64,000 nt of DNA from Folioceros fuciformis (lineage: Eukaryota), in contig JBNGIO010006274.1 in the NCBI GenBank assembly GCA_049999805.1, positions 205,818-269,817 of the forward strand, read 5' to 3'. The notes under the pieces were generated by a model. That model did not search any database. It saw only the letters and a program-made list of their open reading frames with translations, and was not told the origin of the DNA. The stretch's first letter is position 1; each line of letters opens with the position of its first letter. Shown in pieces: positions 48,999 to 61,805 of this stretch. Position numbers and translations under genes: made by a program.

Positions 48999-50596
48999 TG
49001 GGCCTTACACAATGCCAGCCGGGAAGGCAGCGGCACTGCGGCAGAGGGGAGGGCCCCAACGGACAGGACAGGCCACTCGGCCCCTCCCGCCATTAAAACC
49101 CACCACTCATGGGCATACATGTATGCATGAGAGGGGCCGGGACCTGGCAGTCGCGCACCCGCCGGATTCAAGCCCCCACTGTTGACCTTTCTTCCCTCCT
49201 CCACGCTATGCTCGCTCCGCTACCTAATCCCACGTACATGCTCGCTCAACGGGCATTCCTTCCCAAAAAATATCAGTTATGAGTGGATGAAGTCTACCAG
49301 CCCATACCAAAAAAGGACTGAGTTTTTCAAGAGACCGGGGTAAAGGGCCTAAGTAATGTAAGTGCCTACGTCACCTTCATTTCACGGAGTATATATTTAT
49401 GAATTTTTGTAGAAGAATTTTTTTTTTCAAGTCTTGGATAGTGCACTCCACTAACTAACTAGGGCAAAAGTCATAGTCCACACAATGCTCGTCTTGCCTT
49501 TGTTCACAATCTTTGGCCTTATCTAAGATTGTTTCATGTGCATGAGACTTTGTTTTCCTTTGCCTTTGCTAGTAAGGAACTTCTTAGTATATGGAGCCTA
49601 AAGGTGAAGCAAGCCTCGTGCTCTAAGTAAAGCAAGCCTCATGCTCTCATGTCAAGCAGTCCTTCCACTCTTCTCATATGAGCACTCCTTGGCTTAAAGA
49701 TTAGTCTCTCTAAGTACCATGTCTTGTGTCATTAAACCCTTTCCTCCTACATAATTAAAGGGTTTAACTTGAGGTCTACATATTTTATGGGTCTCCTTTG
49801 ACCCCTCTAGCTCAATCCAGAACTCCTTATGCTAAGTTGTGGTGCAATTTATCTCAAATGTCAAGGATCTCCCTTTGTTGAAGAATGTTCATATGACCTT
49901 AGGCATTTCTTCCCTCTAGCTTGGCTAGCAATCTTGTTATCTCATTTGCACAATGCTCCCATCTTCGAATCTTCTCTCTAGGTTGAGGGGTTTGATAAGG
50001 AGGTCATCAATGTACATTTTTTAGAAGACATCATGGACATACGGGCTTTTTGAGTACTCGGTTAACAATTTTGCTACCTAACAAGCATCCATGTCTATGG
50101 AAAATGGGCGCATTTGTCTCCTCTAACTAAAGCTTTCCTCTCTTAATGTGCTTAAGGTAGGCCAAGAATATGCCATTTGCAATTGCCTTATGCTCACCAC
50201 AAATGCTTCCCATTTCTCATGAGATATTTAGCATAAATGGTTTCACATACCATTTTGATGGTTTCACATATCATTCTGTAAAACGAAACTTGGCCAACTT
50301 GCCTTCCAATACGTCCTTGTAGGACTCTCCATCTCACTTTCATAAGAGTTTGGCTTCCCTCTTATTCTAGGACATAGGTACTTAGCTACTAGCTTGTCCA
50401 TGAATATGTGGGTTTTAGATCACATTAACAACCTTCACTGCATCGTGATGCAATTGTGTCTAGGCTTAATCCAACTTGTGGCTTTCCATTCTTAGCTAGG
50501 CTTTGCCCTTCATTACTCCCAAGTAGTAACCTTACTTGTTGGGCTCTTGAGGATCATCTCATAGCCACCCACAAGTCATTGATAATCTCTTTTTCT

Positions 50597-51690
50597 CTAG
50601 ATCTCGCAACGTCTAGTTGACCTAGAGGGAATAGGGATGTAACCAATATTCATACTATTAATAGCTTGCATCATGTACAATGATTTCCTCTTCAAGAGAG
50701 GGTACACGGTCTTAGTTTTTGAAAGAATGCGCCAAGTAGTCTTCAGCTTTCCAAACGCACGTTCAACAACAATTCGACTAGATGAGTGCTTGAAGTTGAA
50801 ATAATTCTGCAATTTTGTCATGCCTCTCCTAGGATAAGGTATTACAATCCACGGTAAAGTGGGATACTTTGCATCGCATAGGAATACTAGTAGAAGAAAG
50901 CACGGGTGCTCCTTGGAGCACTTGTCCCATTTATGCTTTCTTATAAAAATCAGAATTGGAAAGAATTCAGGCATTGATGATAGACCCTGGAAAGCCATAA
51001 AACACATCGAGAAATTCCATATCCATATTAACAATAGCCAGTATGCACACACTGTAGTTGTGGTTGCTATCGAAGTAATCAGTAGCCATGCGCTTGGAAG
51101 GCAACTCAATGGACACGTGAGTCACATCGATAGCACCCACACAATTTAGCAAGCCCTGGTGAGCTGTGTATGTTGCTTTAGTTCATTCCAAGGCATCGAC
51201 TTCTGGCCAGGAAATATGCTTTCTTGATGCCCTGTGCAAAGCCTTCACAAATCAACAAGTGAGTTTAGAGTTAGTGCACTCAACTAAGGCCGAAAAGTTC
51301 TCCTATTGACTTCAAAGAGTCACTTGTAGCCACTCTTCTTAATGCCACTGCAACTTGGGTACCCACTTGGAGCTTTCGATTTGGAATACCTTGGAAAGAA
51401 ATGTGGTGTCTTTTTTGTTAAAACTATATGAACCAAGTCACAAAGATACATGAAAGATTGAGGACCCATTCGGAAGAACTTTGCAAACCATGCACCATCG
51501 CCATGTACAATTGCACCACTGTAGAGCTGCCACCACAGTAAACACCTTTGCATAATGTACCATTCTCTCATAACGCGTCTCCTCCTACATAGAGCAGACC
51601 TTTGGACAAGAGAAAGAAAATACATGAGGAGTAAGTTGTGGTCCATGCTTTCCAATTCTTGGTCTTTCTTATAGTTCCGACAAGACAAGA
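50597..51690 (-). mobile_element. Degenerate PIF/Harbinger (DDE_Tnp_4, HARBI1-like) transposase
   Basis: Fragments in different frames: WFAKFFRMGPQSFMYLCDLV, NCVGAIDVTHVSI, FLDVFYGFPGS, FNFKHSSSRIVVERAFGKLKTTWRIL. Frameshifts present. No convincing TIRs found. Confidence 0.85.
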
Positions 51691-51765
51691 GAAAGAAAAT
51701 ACATCAGGAGTAAGTTGTGGTCCATGCTTTCCAATTCTTGGTCTTTCTTATGGTTCCAACAAGAC
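51605..51765. repeat. ~79-bp tandem duplication at the 5' end of the transposase remnant
   Basis: gacaagagaaagaaaatacat.aggagtaagttgtggtccatgctttccaattcttggtctttcttat.gttcc.acaagac occurs twice with a few differences. Confidence 0.9.
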
Positions 51766-53643
51766 GTGTGTACGCCACGCTGAACATGTGCAAGGACCTA
51801 TACAGATGTGGGTATGACAAGAGGTGTGGCAATGAAAGAGGAAAAGGAAGCAATTCTCCTANNNNNNNNNNTGACAAGAGGTGTGGCAATGAAAGAGGAA
51901 AAGGAAGCAATTCTCCTAGGGTCCTGCATCATGAGCGCGCAAGGGCTCCCGCAACAATTCATGTTGTCCACCCACTTCACGCTTCAAACCTCCATATTCA
52001 AACACTTGAGACAGAGGGAATGTAGTTGTGTATTATGGTAGAAAGCCTCAAGGCCTTACTCTTCCACATAGGACCGGTCACCAACAACGTGTCGGTTAGC
52101 TAGCAACGTTGATTACACCTAGAAGTCGATAAACCGAAACAAACGTATTTTTCATGGCCATGAAAAGTGGTTTCGTGGTTATGGCTTTCGAGAAGTAGCC
52201 AAAAGTTAGGAGCCCATGGAAAGTGGCTCTAATAGGGTAGGCTCGGCAACGACTTGGTGAAGTCGCTCACACCAAGTCGCTCACTAAGGAGCAAATTGGT
52301 GAGGCACAGTTGCAACGTGAGCTAGTGAGGTCGGCTAGGACACTTGTGTGGGCGTGGGCTGGTTGGCCCGTGCACAGGCTAGTGAAGCGGGGTTGGGGCA
52401 TGAGCATGGACTGTAAGGCTAGGTTAGATTGTAGAGGATGGTGCTGTGATTAGGCCATGGAAGCTAGGTGCGCACTAGGTTATTGATTGGTGCTCAAGCT
52501 ATGGCTGGGCATGGCTAGGGCTTGCTTGAGCTGGACCGTAGAGGTCGAGGGTGAGCTTAGCCAAGCTCGGGCTAGGCTGGGCTACAAAGGTTGAACATGA
52601 GCTAGGCTTAGCCTCTTGCCACCATTGAAGTGATATTGGAAGGAGGATGAGCACGAGTTAGGCCTAGGCCTCTTGGTAGCATTAAAATTATTTGGAAGTC
52701 CAATCATAATCATTGTATCAAATGATATGTGGGGTGGGTGTTTCAAAGTAATGCACAATATTATATCCGTAAGTAAAATTATATAAAAGTATTACATATT
52801 AGAATCCATATCATCTATCATCATAAATTGTAGCCCTAAACAAACCCTTCTACACCCTAGTCGTAAAAGCAATGAGCATGCACTAAACTAGAGAAATTAG
52901 AGATAGTTGGCTAGTTTATCACTACATGCTACCAAGTAGCCTCCCCCTTCACGTTTGGGGCATAGTAGGCCTAGATATTGTATATTTGAAAATACCATAA
53001 ATGGGCATTTAGACACATATAATCAATAAATCATATATACCTTGATTTTGGGAGTGTGCACTCGATTCAAGGTTATCAGTATATATGGATGGCTATATGA
53101 TGTGTAAGTACTATATCGAGTTATCCTATTAGTCTATATTATGACGGAAATGAATGGAACAATATTTTTATTGATCAAACATATATGCTTACAACAGGTA
53201 TTGGTGTCCACATTCAAAATCATTCATTATGTTGTTCCTAATCTCTCGTGAGCAAGAAATTTGATTGTCGTGTTACTTTTGACACTTTTGTGATAACTTG
53301 GGTTCTTCCCCCATCCTAGACCCCCATTGCATGCCCACTCTTTCGTTTCTAGCTGCTAGCACCTCCATCATTTAGTGTTGTTTCTAATAGTCGGAACCTA
53401 AGCTACATTGGTGGTCATCTTCTTTATTGCACGCAAGTGTAATATCTGTAAACGCCTTGCACATCAATATTAGGCACCTTGCTTCTCTCAAGGAAAAGGC
53501 CCTAATCCATGAAGGAAATGTGGTTAGGCAAGATGGTTGGCAAGGTTTGAGGAGAAGTTAGGGCGTGTTTTTGTTGAACAAACCATAAGCATAGTACTAA
53601 CTATGCATGGTACTTGCCCATGCATAGTAGGTCCCATTGGTAT

Positions 53644-54609
53644 TTACATCCTATGGTTAGGCTCGTCATGATGTGTATCCTCAGTCGGATCCTCGTTCTT
53701 GAGCATTAATCCATGCACCATGTCTATAGGTAGAGCAGCTCTAATTTTTACTCTTCTAGTAAAATCAGCTGCTAACCTGTTCTTACGGTTTTGTTTTTGC
53801 TCTGCAAAATTTACATATAGAGGTTTTGAATTCATAGCCACTATTCGTCTATTCATTTCTCTTTTTGCATGATTGGCATCTTCATAGTTTGAAAATGAGA
53901 CAAATCCCACACCCTTACTCAAACCCTCATGGTTTGTGAGAACCTCGCATGAGATTATCATGCCAAAATGTGCAAACCACTCTCTCAAACTCTCATCATT
54001 TATGTTGTCGTCCAAATGCTTTATGTATAGGCTCACACCTTGATGAAGTTTCGCCAGCTCTACGGCTCTCTCATCTTTCTTTTGGGCTCTTCCAACATAC
54101 AACACATTGTTATTCAACTTCTTTCCATTGAGCTCTACAACGGCTCGCATGGCATCCTCTACATGTTCAAAGTTAACAAAACCAAAGCATCTTGACCTCC
54201 CATCATTGTCATGCATCACAATACTGCTAGTGATGTTGCCATAAGGTGCAAAGATGTTTTGCAAGTCCTCAGTGCTTAAGCTCTCAGGGAAGTTCTTCAC
54301 ATATACATTGGTGAATATTTCTGGATTTTGAATGTTATTTTCACGTTGAATAAATTTGGTCACAAACAATTGTTTGCCATTGAATAACTTACCATTCATT
54401 TCTGTTATGGCACGTTCGGCATCTTTCTCCTCTTGAAATTGCACAAACCCAAACCCTTTAGATTGGCCTAAACTATTGATGGTTACCTCACATAATAAAA
54501 TTGGCCCAAAGTTGGAGAATGCTTCATAGAGAATTGTGTTATTAACTGACAAGACTAGACCTTTCACAAAAATCTTGGCAGCTTCGCTCATCTCAATATC
54601 ATTGTCCAT
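53644..54609 (-). CDS. Intronless polyadenylate-binding-protein-like ORF (RRM2-RRM4 only), 321 aa
   Basis: KIFVKGL...SKGFGFVQF, FTNVYVKNF...SRCFGFVNF...LYVGRAQKK, LYIKHLDD...SKGVGFVSF...SKPLYV. No RRM1 or MLLE domain seen. AT-rich codons. Confidence 0.85.
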   Translation of the reverse strand: MDNDIEMSEAAKIFVKGLVLSVNNTILYEAFSNFGPILLCEVTINSLGQSKGFGFVQFQEEKDAERAITEMNGKLFNGKQLFVTKFIQRENNIQNPEIFTNVYVKNFPESLSTEDLQNIFAPYGNITSSIVMHDNDGRSRCFGFVNFEHVEDAMRAVVELNGKKLNNNVLYVGRAQKKDERAVELAKLHQGVSLYIKHLDDNINDESLREWFAHFGMIISCEVLTNHEGLSKGVGFVSFSNYEDANHAKREMNRRIVAMNSKPLYVNFAEQKQNRKNRLAADFTRRVKIRAALPIDMVHGLMLKNEDPTEDTHHDEPNHRM

Positions 54610-57600
54610 ATTGAAATATAAAATAAAAAAAAAGCCTAAGCTAGAGGGTAGAAGAATATGGAGTAGTGATCACTCCTTACTTAGATAAAGATTCTTAAAT
54701 AATAATGTAGAGGCCCACAATTGAGTCCCTAGCTTAACGAATGATAAATTGCTTTCGATGGATGAGTAAGAAGAGGCCTTTACTGCTTTCGATGGATGAG
54801 TAAGAAGGAGCCTTTGCTTTAGCCTATATAGAATTGCTAACAAAGCTCTTCGTAGAGATAGGAACACAAGATAATGATTGATGATAGTTCTTGGTCTAGC
54901 CAAATATATAGCTTGGAGGCTAACTTTAACTAGGCAATAGCTAATACAGGTATCCATAAACACCACACATTTCTAAATTTTGACATATAAAATCTTTCTA
55001 ATTTGAATTATTCACAGTAGATGGATTTATTAAATACTAATTTGAATTATTATTGGGTGGTCCATTTCTTAATATTAATCTCTACTATTGTTGTTTATTG
55101 TCCATGGTTTAGTATTATTTTTATTATTACTCATTGCTTAGTTTTTAATACTCATTTCAATTCATATTAGTAGGTTCAACACTAATTTCATCTATGATTG
55201 GTTGGTCCATTTTTTAATGCTAATTTCAACTAGTATTGGCAGGTCTTTGTCTTCCCACATATTAGAAGATCTCTAATTTTAACCAATCAGGGTTAATGGN
55301 NNNNNNNNNNNNNNNNNNNNNNNNNNNNNNNNNNNNNNNNNNNNNNNNNNNNNNNNNNNNNNNNNNNNNNNNNNNNNNNNNNNNNNNNNNNNNNNNNNNC
55401 ATATTAGAAGATCTCTAATTTTAACCAATCAGGGTTAATGGATTTCTTAACTACTAATTTCATTTTATGGTGGATTCTTTTACTACTTTCAACTACTAAT
55501 AGTTAGTGGATTTTTTTAATATTAATTTCAACTATCTATAATTATTGTTGGTCAAAATTTCTTGAAATAGCATTGATCGGTTCAAAACGAGAGCCATTAG
55601 AGGTCCTCATTTACGACAACCTTGGAAATTATGGGATTTTCTAATTATTAATTTCACCTGCTTGTTAGGTGGGTCTAAGGTTTAGGGTTGCCTTCTTAGC
55701 GAGGTCGATGCATATTTTCTTGCTTATTGTGCAAGTCAAAGCAAGTAGTGCGCTCAACATGCGTATAGATACCCATCTTGTGTTTTGTATTATTGCGATG
55801 AGTAGATGGATATATAGGATGGTATTTATTTCACAAGTCCTCATATTGCGGCCATCTTGGGGACCTCACTTATATGAATGTGTCTGCAAGGCAAATGAGA
55901 TTTTCATGCTAGTGAAAGAATAGAGTAGCGAGTCATCTTCTTAGATATATGGCCATCTTCCATGTTGCACCCAAGTCTCATATCCATAAACCCTTTATGT
56001 ATGAATACTAGTCACAAGTCCAACATCCTATAGATATCGTGTAGTGTTGTTGATCGTAGGAACACTAAGGTTGTAGGAACACTAAGGTTCTTAACACAAC
56101 TTGGTGCTCAAGTGGATCACAAGGAACGAGGTAGGCTGCACTTAGCTAATCCTCATTCTCTAGATTGCACTTAGCTAAGTCCCATTATCTTGGAAGGAAC
56201 ATGTATAAAGTATTACCAATCAATTGAAGAAAGAACATGGAATTGTTGTTCATAACATGAAAGCTAAGACAATGATCTTCGATTAGTATTGAACAATATA
56301 GGTATTAGAAGAAGAAGCTTCAGTTGTCAAGTTAAGTCAAATATTGTGTCATGGAAGAGGACTTGCAAAACTTACTACTGAAAATGTTGGTGATCATGGT
56401 GAATGAAACATGTACTATTTTCATGTTAATTCGACTGACACGTAAATAATTTGTGATACGATGATTTATTTAGGGGACCAATGTAAAGAAAACGAAACTA
56501 ATAGCCCATTATTACTTGTTGGTTAGGACATTCTCACTCNNNNNNNNNNNNNNNNNNNNNNNNNNNNNNNNNNNNNNNNNNNNNNNNNNNNNNNNNNNNN
56601 NNNNNNNNNNNNNNNNNNNNNNNNNNNNNNNNNNNNNNNCCAATTAGAATTAACTTCGATGCTGACCTAGCTTAGCACTAAATTGGCCAAACTGGTAGTT
56701 TGTATGCATTCTAGAAGTAGTTTGATTGCATGATATTGTGTAAAGGAACTGTGTAAGAAAAGATCGGTTACCTCATGCTTGCATGTGGATATGACTTATA
56801 AAGTGTCTCAAAATTTATCAAAAATAATAGCCTCAAAGTAGTTTATCAAAAGTAATAGCCTCGAAGTAGTTCAAGTTATCCAATCTAGGCGGTTTAACCT
56901 CTCCGTAGCTTCCTCTATGTGAACTAGTACTACCTCGGGTCCATCTAACGACGAATGTTTAATTCTTTGGTAGTAAAAAAGTTTTGTACAATGATGCTCA
57001 ATGAAAATGCACTTGTACCACTTTCTATTGCTACATGGAGTTCTTGATGGCATTCATTTCAAAGTAGAGTGGTGTTGGAGGTGTAACCTTGGCCTTGCGA
57101 GAAAATTGTTAATTTTCTTCTAGGATAGATGCCTCCCAACTCAATGGCAAATTGGGTTCACATATTTTGTAGTGTCAAAAAACCTTTTATCCCTATATTT
57201 TGAAGCGTTTGTCCCTCGCGCAAACTACAGCCCTTGACCCCAGATTCTCAAATAACTGCCTAGTCTGAAAAAATGATGTACGTACATACGAATCATACGA
57301 TATTTACAGATTGGAGAACCCAAACGTTTGTTTGCGGATGACTCGATATGCGCGTCACACTTACGGTCAAGGCACCTACTCCCATAGACACGGGCTCACA
57401 TGTACCTTTTAGGGCCACGCGTATGTATCATTGCTCCCGCAATTCGACACGCAACAGCACCACATCATACGCATGCGTCACCCGTACGCCACGTATTAAG
57501 GCAAAACGATACCGACTCACAAAATTCATGGTCCGTGCTTGGAGTGGTGCGCGACCTGGTACTGCATTTTTTTTCGGCAAGGCAGAAAGTTGCACAAGAG

Positions 57601-58040
57601 CTTGCTCTATCGTGAAGCAAAGAGTAGGCTCAAATTTCAAGTTAACACATGAACCGACGGATGAAGTTCACAACGTCAAAATTTAGAAGCAAGAATCCTT
57701 GCACACCTGCCAAAATATCGGGCACACTGGCTCCCCATCAGCCAGATGAAAAGCCACAGCTACTGAAAGTGCCTATGCCTACAGTCTCTTCACACTATGA
57801 AACAAAAAGCCGTTGAAAATTTCTTTTGCCATCATTCGTGGCCTAGTATCTACTCAGTCTCAGAGAGCCAGACTTGAGGCTCAAAAGCAAAAGCGGGGAA
57901 AAAAAAAGACAGGCACCTTTTCGACAAGGGCTTGGCCAAAAGGAGTAGGTCTCAAAACGCTTCCTCGCTTCGGGCAGGCCCGGTGCCTTCCTTCCAGTTC
58001 TCTACTAGACGTACTTCGCCAAAATTTACCTTCCCAGAAG

Positions 58041-60008
58041 CTATTGCCGAGCATGGGTTATGCCAGCTTCTTTCAAAACTGTTGCAAGACCTGTCCTCTC
58101 CATTCTGCGAGAAGTCCTGGGCAACACGGATGGGGGCTGCCAATCTGTAACCATGACCGTGATACAGTTCTCATCTCGAGTTCTTAATTTGTTGGCTCCT
58201 TGCGGGACGGCCTGCTCAAATCTCCGGCCATCTCCTCCTCTGGGAGGACGGCCCACTGCTCCATCTGGTGCGCGAGATAGTTGAAACACGACATCAGATT
58301 TGCGGTAAGGAAACTCCATCTCGTCAGTGAACTTGGAGTCTCTCATCCCAATGCAGCCCAGGTCTCTGCCAAGATCCTCGTCACTACTCTTCCGAGAGAG
58401 TGATGCTTCGTTAGTAGTCCTCTTGTAAGGAGAGAACCATTTGGCTCGCATGTACTCTGGTTTCCTCCAGGGCGGAAGATGCATGCCCCTCTTTTTTAAA
58501 GACCGCTTAGCAGCATCAGACATGATGCTTACCAGTTGCTGGAGACGGTCGACTTTCCCCACAAACACGCTGGGCAGTTGATGCATGACAGCATTGTACT
58601 GACTGGTGGGGCGGGCGATTTGAAATTGTCCTCGAAAGTCCAAATCCACAATTATCCTCTCTCCTTTTCCATGGTGGCCGTCCAGCAGGATGTCAATATA
58701 CTCATAGTCACCTGCAACAGGGTACCAGGCCTCAGACCTTGGATTTGCTTTCCTTTGCTCTGTCGTGACATGTGCCATGAAGAGGGAAAACGAAAGAGAG
58801 GGGTTGGAACCATTTTCAAAGCAAGTGCACTTGCTTTGAAAAAGCTGAGCCAGCTAAGCTAACATGAGGATGAAACTGACCTCCAGGAAAGCCTCCTGCA
58901 TGATCCCACCGAGACTTGCAAATGGCAGCGTTGAAACCACTAGAGCGCAGCTTTCGCATGACAAGCCGGCGCAGACATCCATTGGGGTTGTTGTCGTGAG
59001 CCACATCGCAAAGCGGGTCCGCTTCCTCTTTGGCCCCAGCCATGAAGGCAGTGACCGTGGCAAGTACTGCGCGTTCGGAAGAGGAGGCGCAGGAATTGAG
59101 GCCCTGCATCAGCCGACTGAAGCTCATCAGGAACACACACTAAATATCTCAGGGATGGATGATAAAAGACTCCCGTCCCCGATGGGGAGGCAGGGGAGCG
59201 AGAAAAAGAGAGCGGGAGAGTTTTGAGTCCAAAAAATGCAAGTGCCAGCGAGCGAGTAGGCGATTCACACTCTCTAGCACAATGAAAAAAAACTGCGCTA
59301 GGCTAGGCTATTGAAAACAAGACTAGTAGAAGAATGCAGCAAGATGAAGGTGAGCATCCTGTCCTGCGGTAACCTGGTGCGAAGAAAGCAGGAAGAAAGA
59401 GGCAGCAAGTGCGCAATCAAGAGGTTGGGCAGAAGGAGAAAAGGGCAAGGTTGCAGGGCAGGCAGCGATACCTGTACTATCTCAGCTAGTTCCCCTCCAA
59501 CTGCAGATTTGGAATCATCAGCATCGGCAGCGAGTCCAAAACGGTTGCAGACGCCGTTGACGCAGTTGCAGCGAAATGTTGGACAGTGGGCATCGTCGTC
59601 CTCCTCGTCCTCTTCCATGAAATGGTGCACCATGGCCGCCAGACAGACGGAACTGGGGTCGTGGTCGCTGCCGCTGCTGCAGTAGTTGAAGGGCGTGAAA
59701 TCCGCATCGTCGAGTTCGAGACTGCCGCAGAAGCGTGCCCTGACCCCATCCAGCAGGGGATCCGCCACCTGCTTGGGCCTCACCTGGGGGCCGAAGGCAT
59801 GCAGTTGCGAGGAGCGGAAGTCGGTGAGGACGTGCCACGGCAGAGTGAGCGCATTGGCGTTGGCAGTACGGCGCGCCGGGGAGGCCACGGGATGCGCAAA
59901 CCTGTCATCCCGAGCCTTATCAGGCTTGGTGGGAGTGACAGTGGTGGAAGCGTTCCTGCCCGTTTTGGAGGCAGAGGTAAGCGGGCGCAGTGTGACCAGT
60001 CCCGGCAT
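58041..60008 (-). CDS. DUF506 family protein (PD-(D/E)xK-like), 3 exons
   Basis: Exons 59472-60008, 58881-59103, 58041-58711. Motifs PSSVCLAAMVHHFMEE, LRSSGFNAAICKSRW, GGDYEYIDIL, IVDLDFRGQFQIARPT, SLKKRGMHLPPWRKPEYMRAKW. Confidence 0.95.
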
Positions 60009-60044
60009 GGCAGTCCTCCTCCGCGCAGGTAGCGAGGAGCGGAG

Positions 60045-60319
60045 CTAGAGTCGGAATCCCTGAGACGATGAGCACGGGCTTATGGAAGTCCGGATCGGAG
60101 TAGAGTGAGCCCACGGGCGCAGCGGCAGCAGCAACAACGAGTAATGAAGGTTGAGATTCCAGCTTGACGAACGGAGCAATGCCGAGCACGGCAGCAGCGA
60201 GCAGCAAGCCAGCAGCAGCTCCCTGTTGCCCCTACGGCTCGCGTTACTCACTCAGCTCCACAGCTCCGACTAGCTGCCTCAGCGCATCCGTCAAGAAAGT
60301 AGCAGCCGTCGCGGCCGAT
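60045..60319 (-). CDS. Candidate spliced upstream ORF (CPuORF-like, ~61 aa, non-AUG start) in the DUF506 5' leader
   Basis: GTGAGT donor at 60251 and AG acceptor at 60163-60164 join IGRDGCYFLDGCAEAASRSCGA-D-WNLNLHYSLLLLPLRPWAHSTPIRTSISPCSSSQGFRL*. The stop is 36 nt before the DUF506 ATG. Confidence 0.5.
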
Positions 60320-61781
60320 GGCGCTTCAAGTATTCCAGATCCAATTCCCCAGGCTAGCCAGCACGAACACAAGGCAGACTCGGCCGTGAAGAGCGCAACG
60401 CAGGAGATGTCAACCAAGTTTGGAAGCAAGGAAGCGCGGGTGGTCTGGTCTGGTGCGGTCCGGTCAGGTCCTGTCCCTTCTCTCCGAAAGTAGTAGTATG
60501 GTAAAGGAGATGAGTAGAGAAGGCCCACAGGAGTAGGGAAGAAGAAGAGGGCAGCAGATCTGGCGGAAATAGCTAGGGAGGAGGAAGCGTGAAGGGAAAG
60601 AGCGCAGAGCTGGAGCGGGAGGCGGAATGAAGAAGAAATGGAAGCTTGCACGCAAGGGGGAGGGGAAGGCGATGAGCTGGCGCGGGGAGGGGAGGGGAGG
60701 GGAGGCTGGTGAAGCGGAGCCGTGGGTGGGATGGAGGAAGAAGGAAACCCTTGGGTGTGGTGTGGGATGGAGAGAAGTCACGAATCGATCGGTTCGAGAC
60801 GCGACGTGTCGTGTCGTCTGGTGTGGTCCGGAGTGGTCCGGTCCGGGCCGGGCCAGTCCGGCGCGGGAGAGAGAGAGGAGCGCTCGGGGCTCGGTGGCAG
60901 GAGAGAGTAGCAAGGAGGAGGAGCTGGGGCTTGCCTGCCTGCCTGCCTGCCTTCCTTCCTCTTCCTTCCTGCTGCTGCTGTACGCTCTCCTTCCTTCTCT
61001 ACCTCATGGATGTACATAACATATATAACCTCACTAACTTACTTCCCTTGACCAACACGATACCCAAATAAAAAGGCCCTGGGCCGGGCCTGAGGCGCCT
61101 GCAGACTGGGGCAGCAGTGAAAGGGAAGGCACTGGCAGTAGACGGCACGCGACCAGGCGAGGCGACTTGGATGTGGCCCCCCGCCTGCTGGGTACCTGCT
61201 AGCAGGCCTGCTGAGAGTCGAGAGAGAGTATATGCCATGCCATGCCATGCCATTCCTTCCGTGTTGTTTTGTTTTTCAATATGGCACCTTTTTACCCGGG
61301 GGAGGCAGGGGGCAGGGGGCAAGGGCAGGGACAGGAGCAGGTGCCGGGGCTGGGTGAAAATGATAGGGTGGCAGTGCGGACTGCCGGGGTAATAATAATA
61401 GGGTGGCGATGATTGATGCGGGCAGCCGTGTAATAATAGGCAGGAGCCGGGTACAGGGAATGAATGTGGACACAAATGGGGTGAGCCATGCCCATTGCCC
61501 TCCCGGCCAGGGAAGGGGGAGTAGCACTAGTAGTAGTAGTAGGCAGAGTCCCGAGGGCGGGCGATGTGCCGAGACTTCCAGAGAAGAGAGAGAGAGAGAA
61601 AGAGAGAGGTAGTAGTAGTAGTAGTGTGTGGTGTGCAGAGACGGCCACGGCCTTCACGGGTTGCGTGCAGTGCAAGTCCACTGCCCCAAAAGAAGAAAAG
61701 AAAAAATTGAGGGGGCCAACGGCAACAAGGATTGGGACAGGGCACGGGCCACGGCACACAAAGTGCATGGGCCCCACAGGG

Positions 61782-61805
61782 TGACGTGGTGGATGGTGCC
61801 ACGTG
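61782..61805. promoter_or_regulatory. Paired ACGT-core elements (TGACGTGG and G-box CACGTG), ABRE-like, upstream of DUF506
   Basis: Both motifs lie within 24 bp in the GC-rich upstream region. Function untested. Confidence 0.25.

Noticed and set aside
46860-49130. Long + strand ORFs (374 aa, 275 aa) opposite the kinase
   Set aside because: Antisense shadows of a GC-rich coding region with no recognisable motifs.
49340-52060. Candidate Harbinger TIRs/TSD and a partner Myb-like ORF
   Set aside because: No convincing inverted-repeat match or recognisable Myb/SANT frame by eye.
55258-55441. Identical ~42-bp direct repeat flanking a gap (similar case at 51833-51918)
   Set aside because: Identical sequence on both sides of an N gap is typical of unmerged contig overlap.
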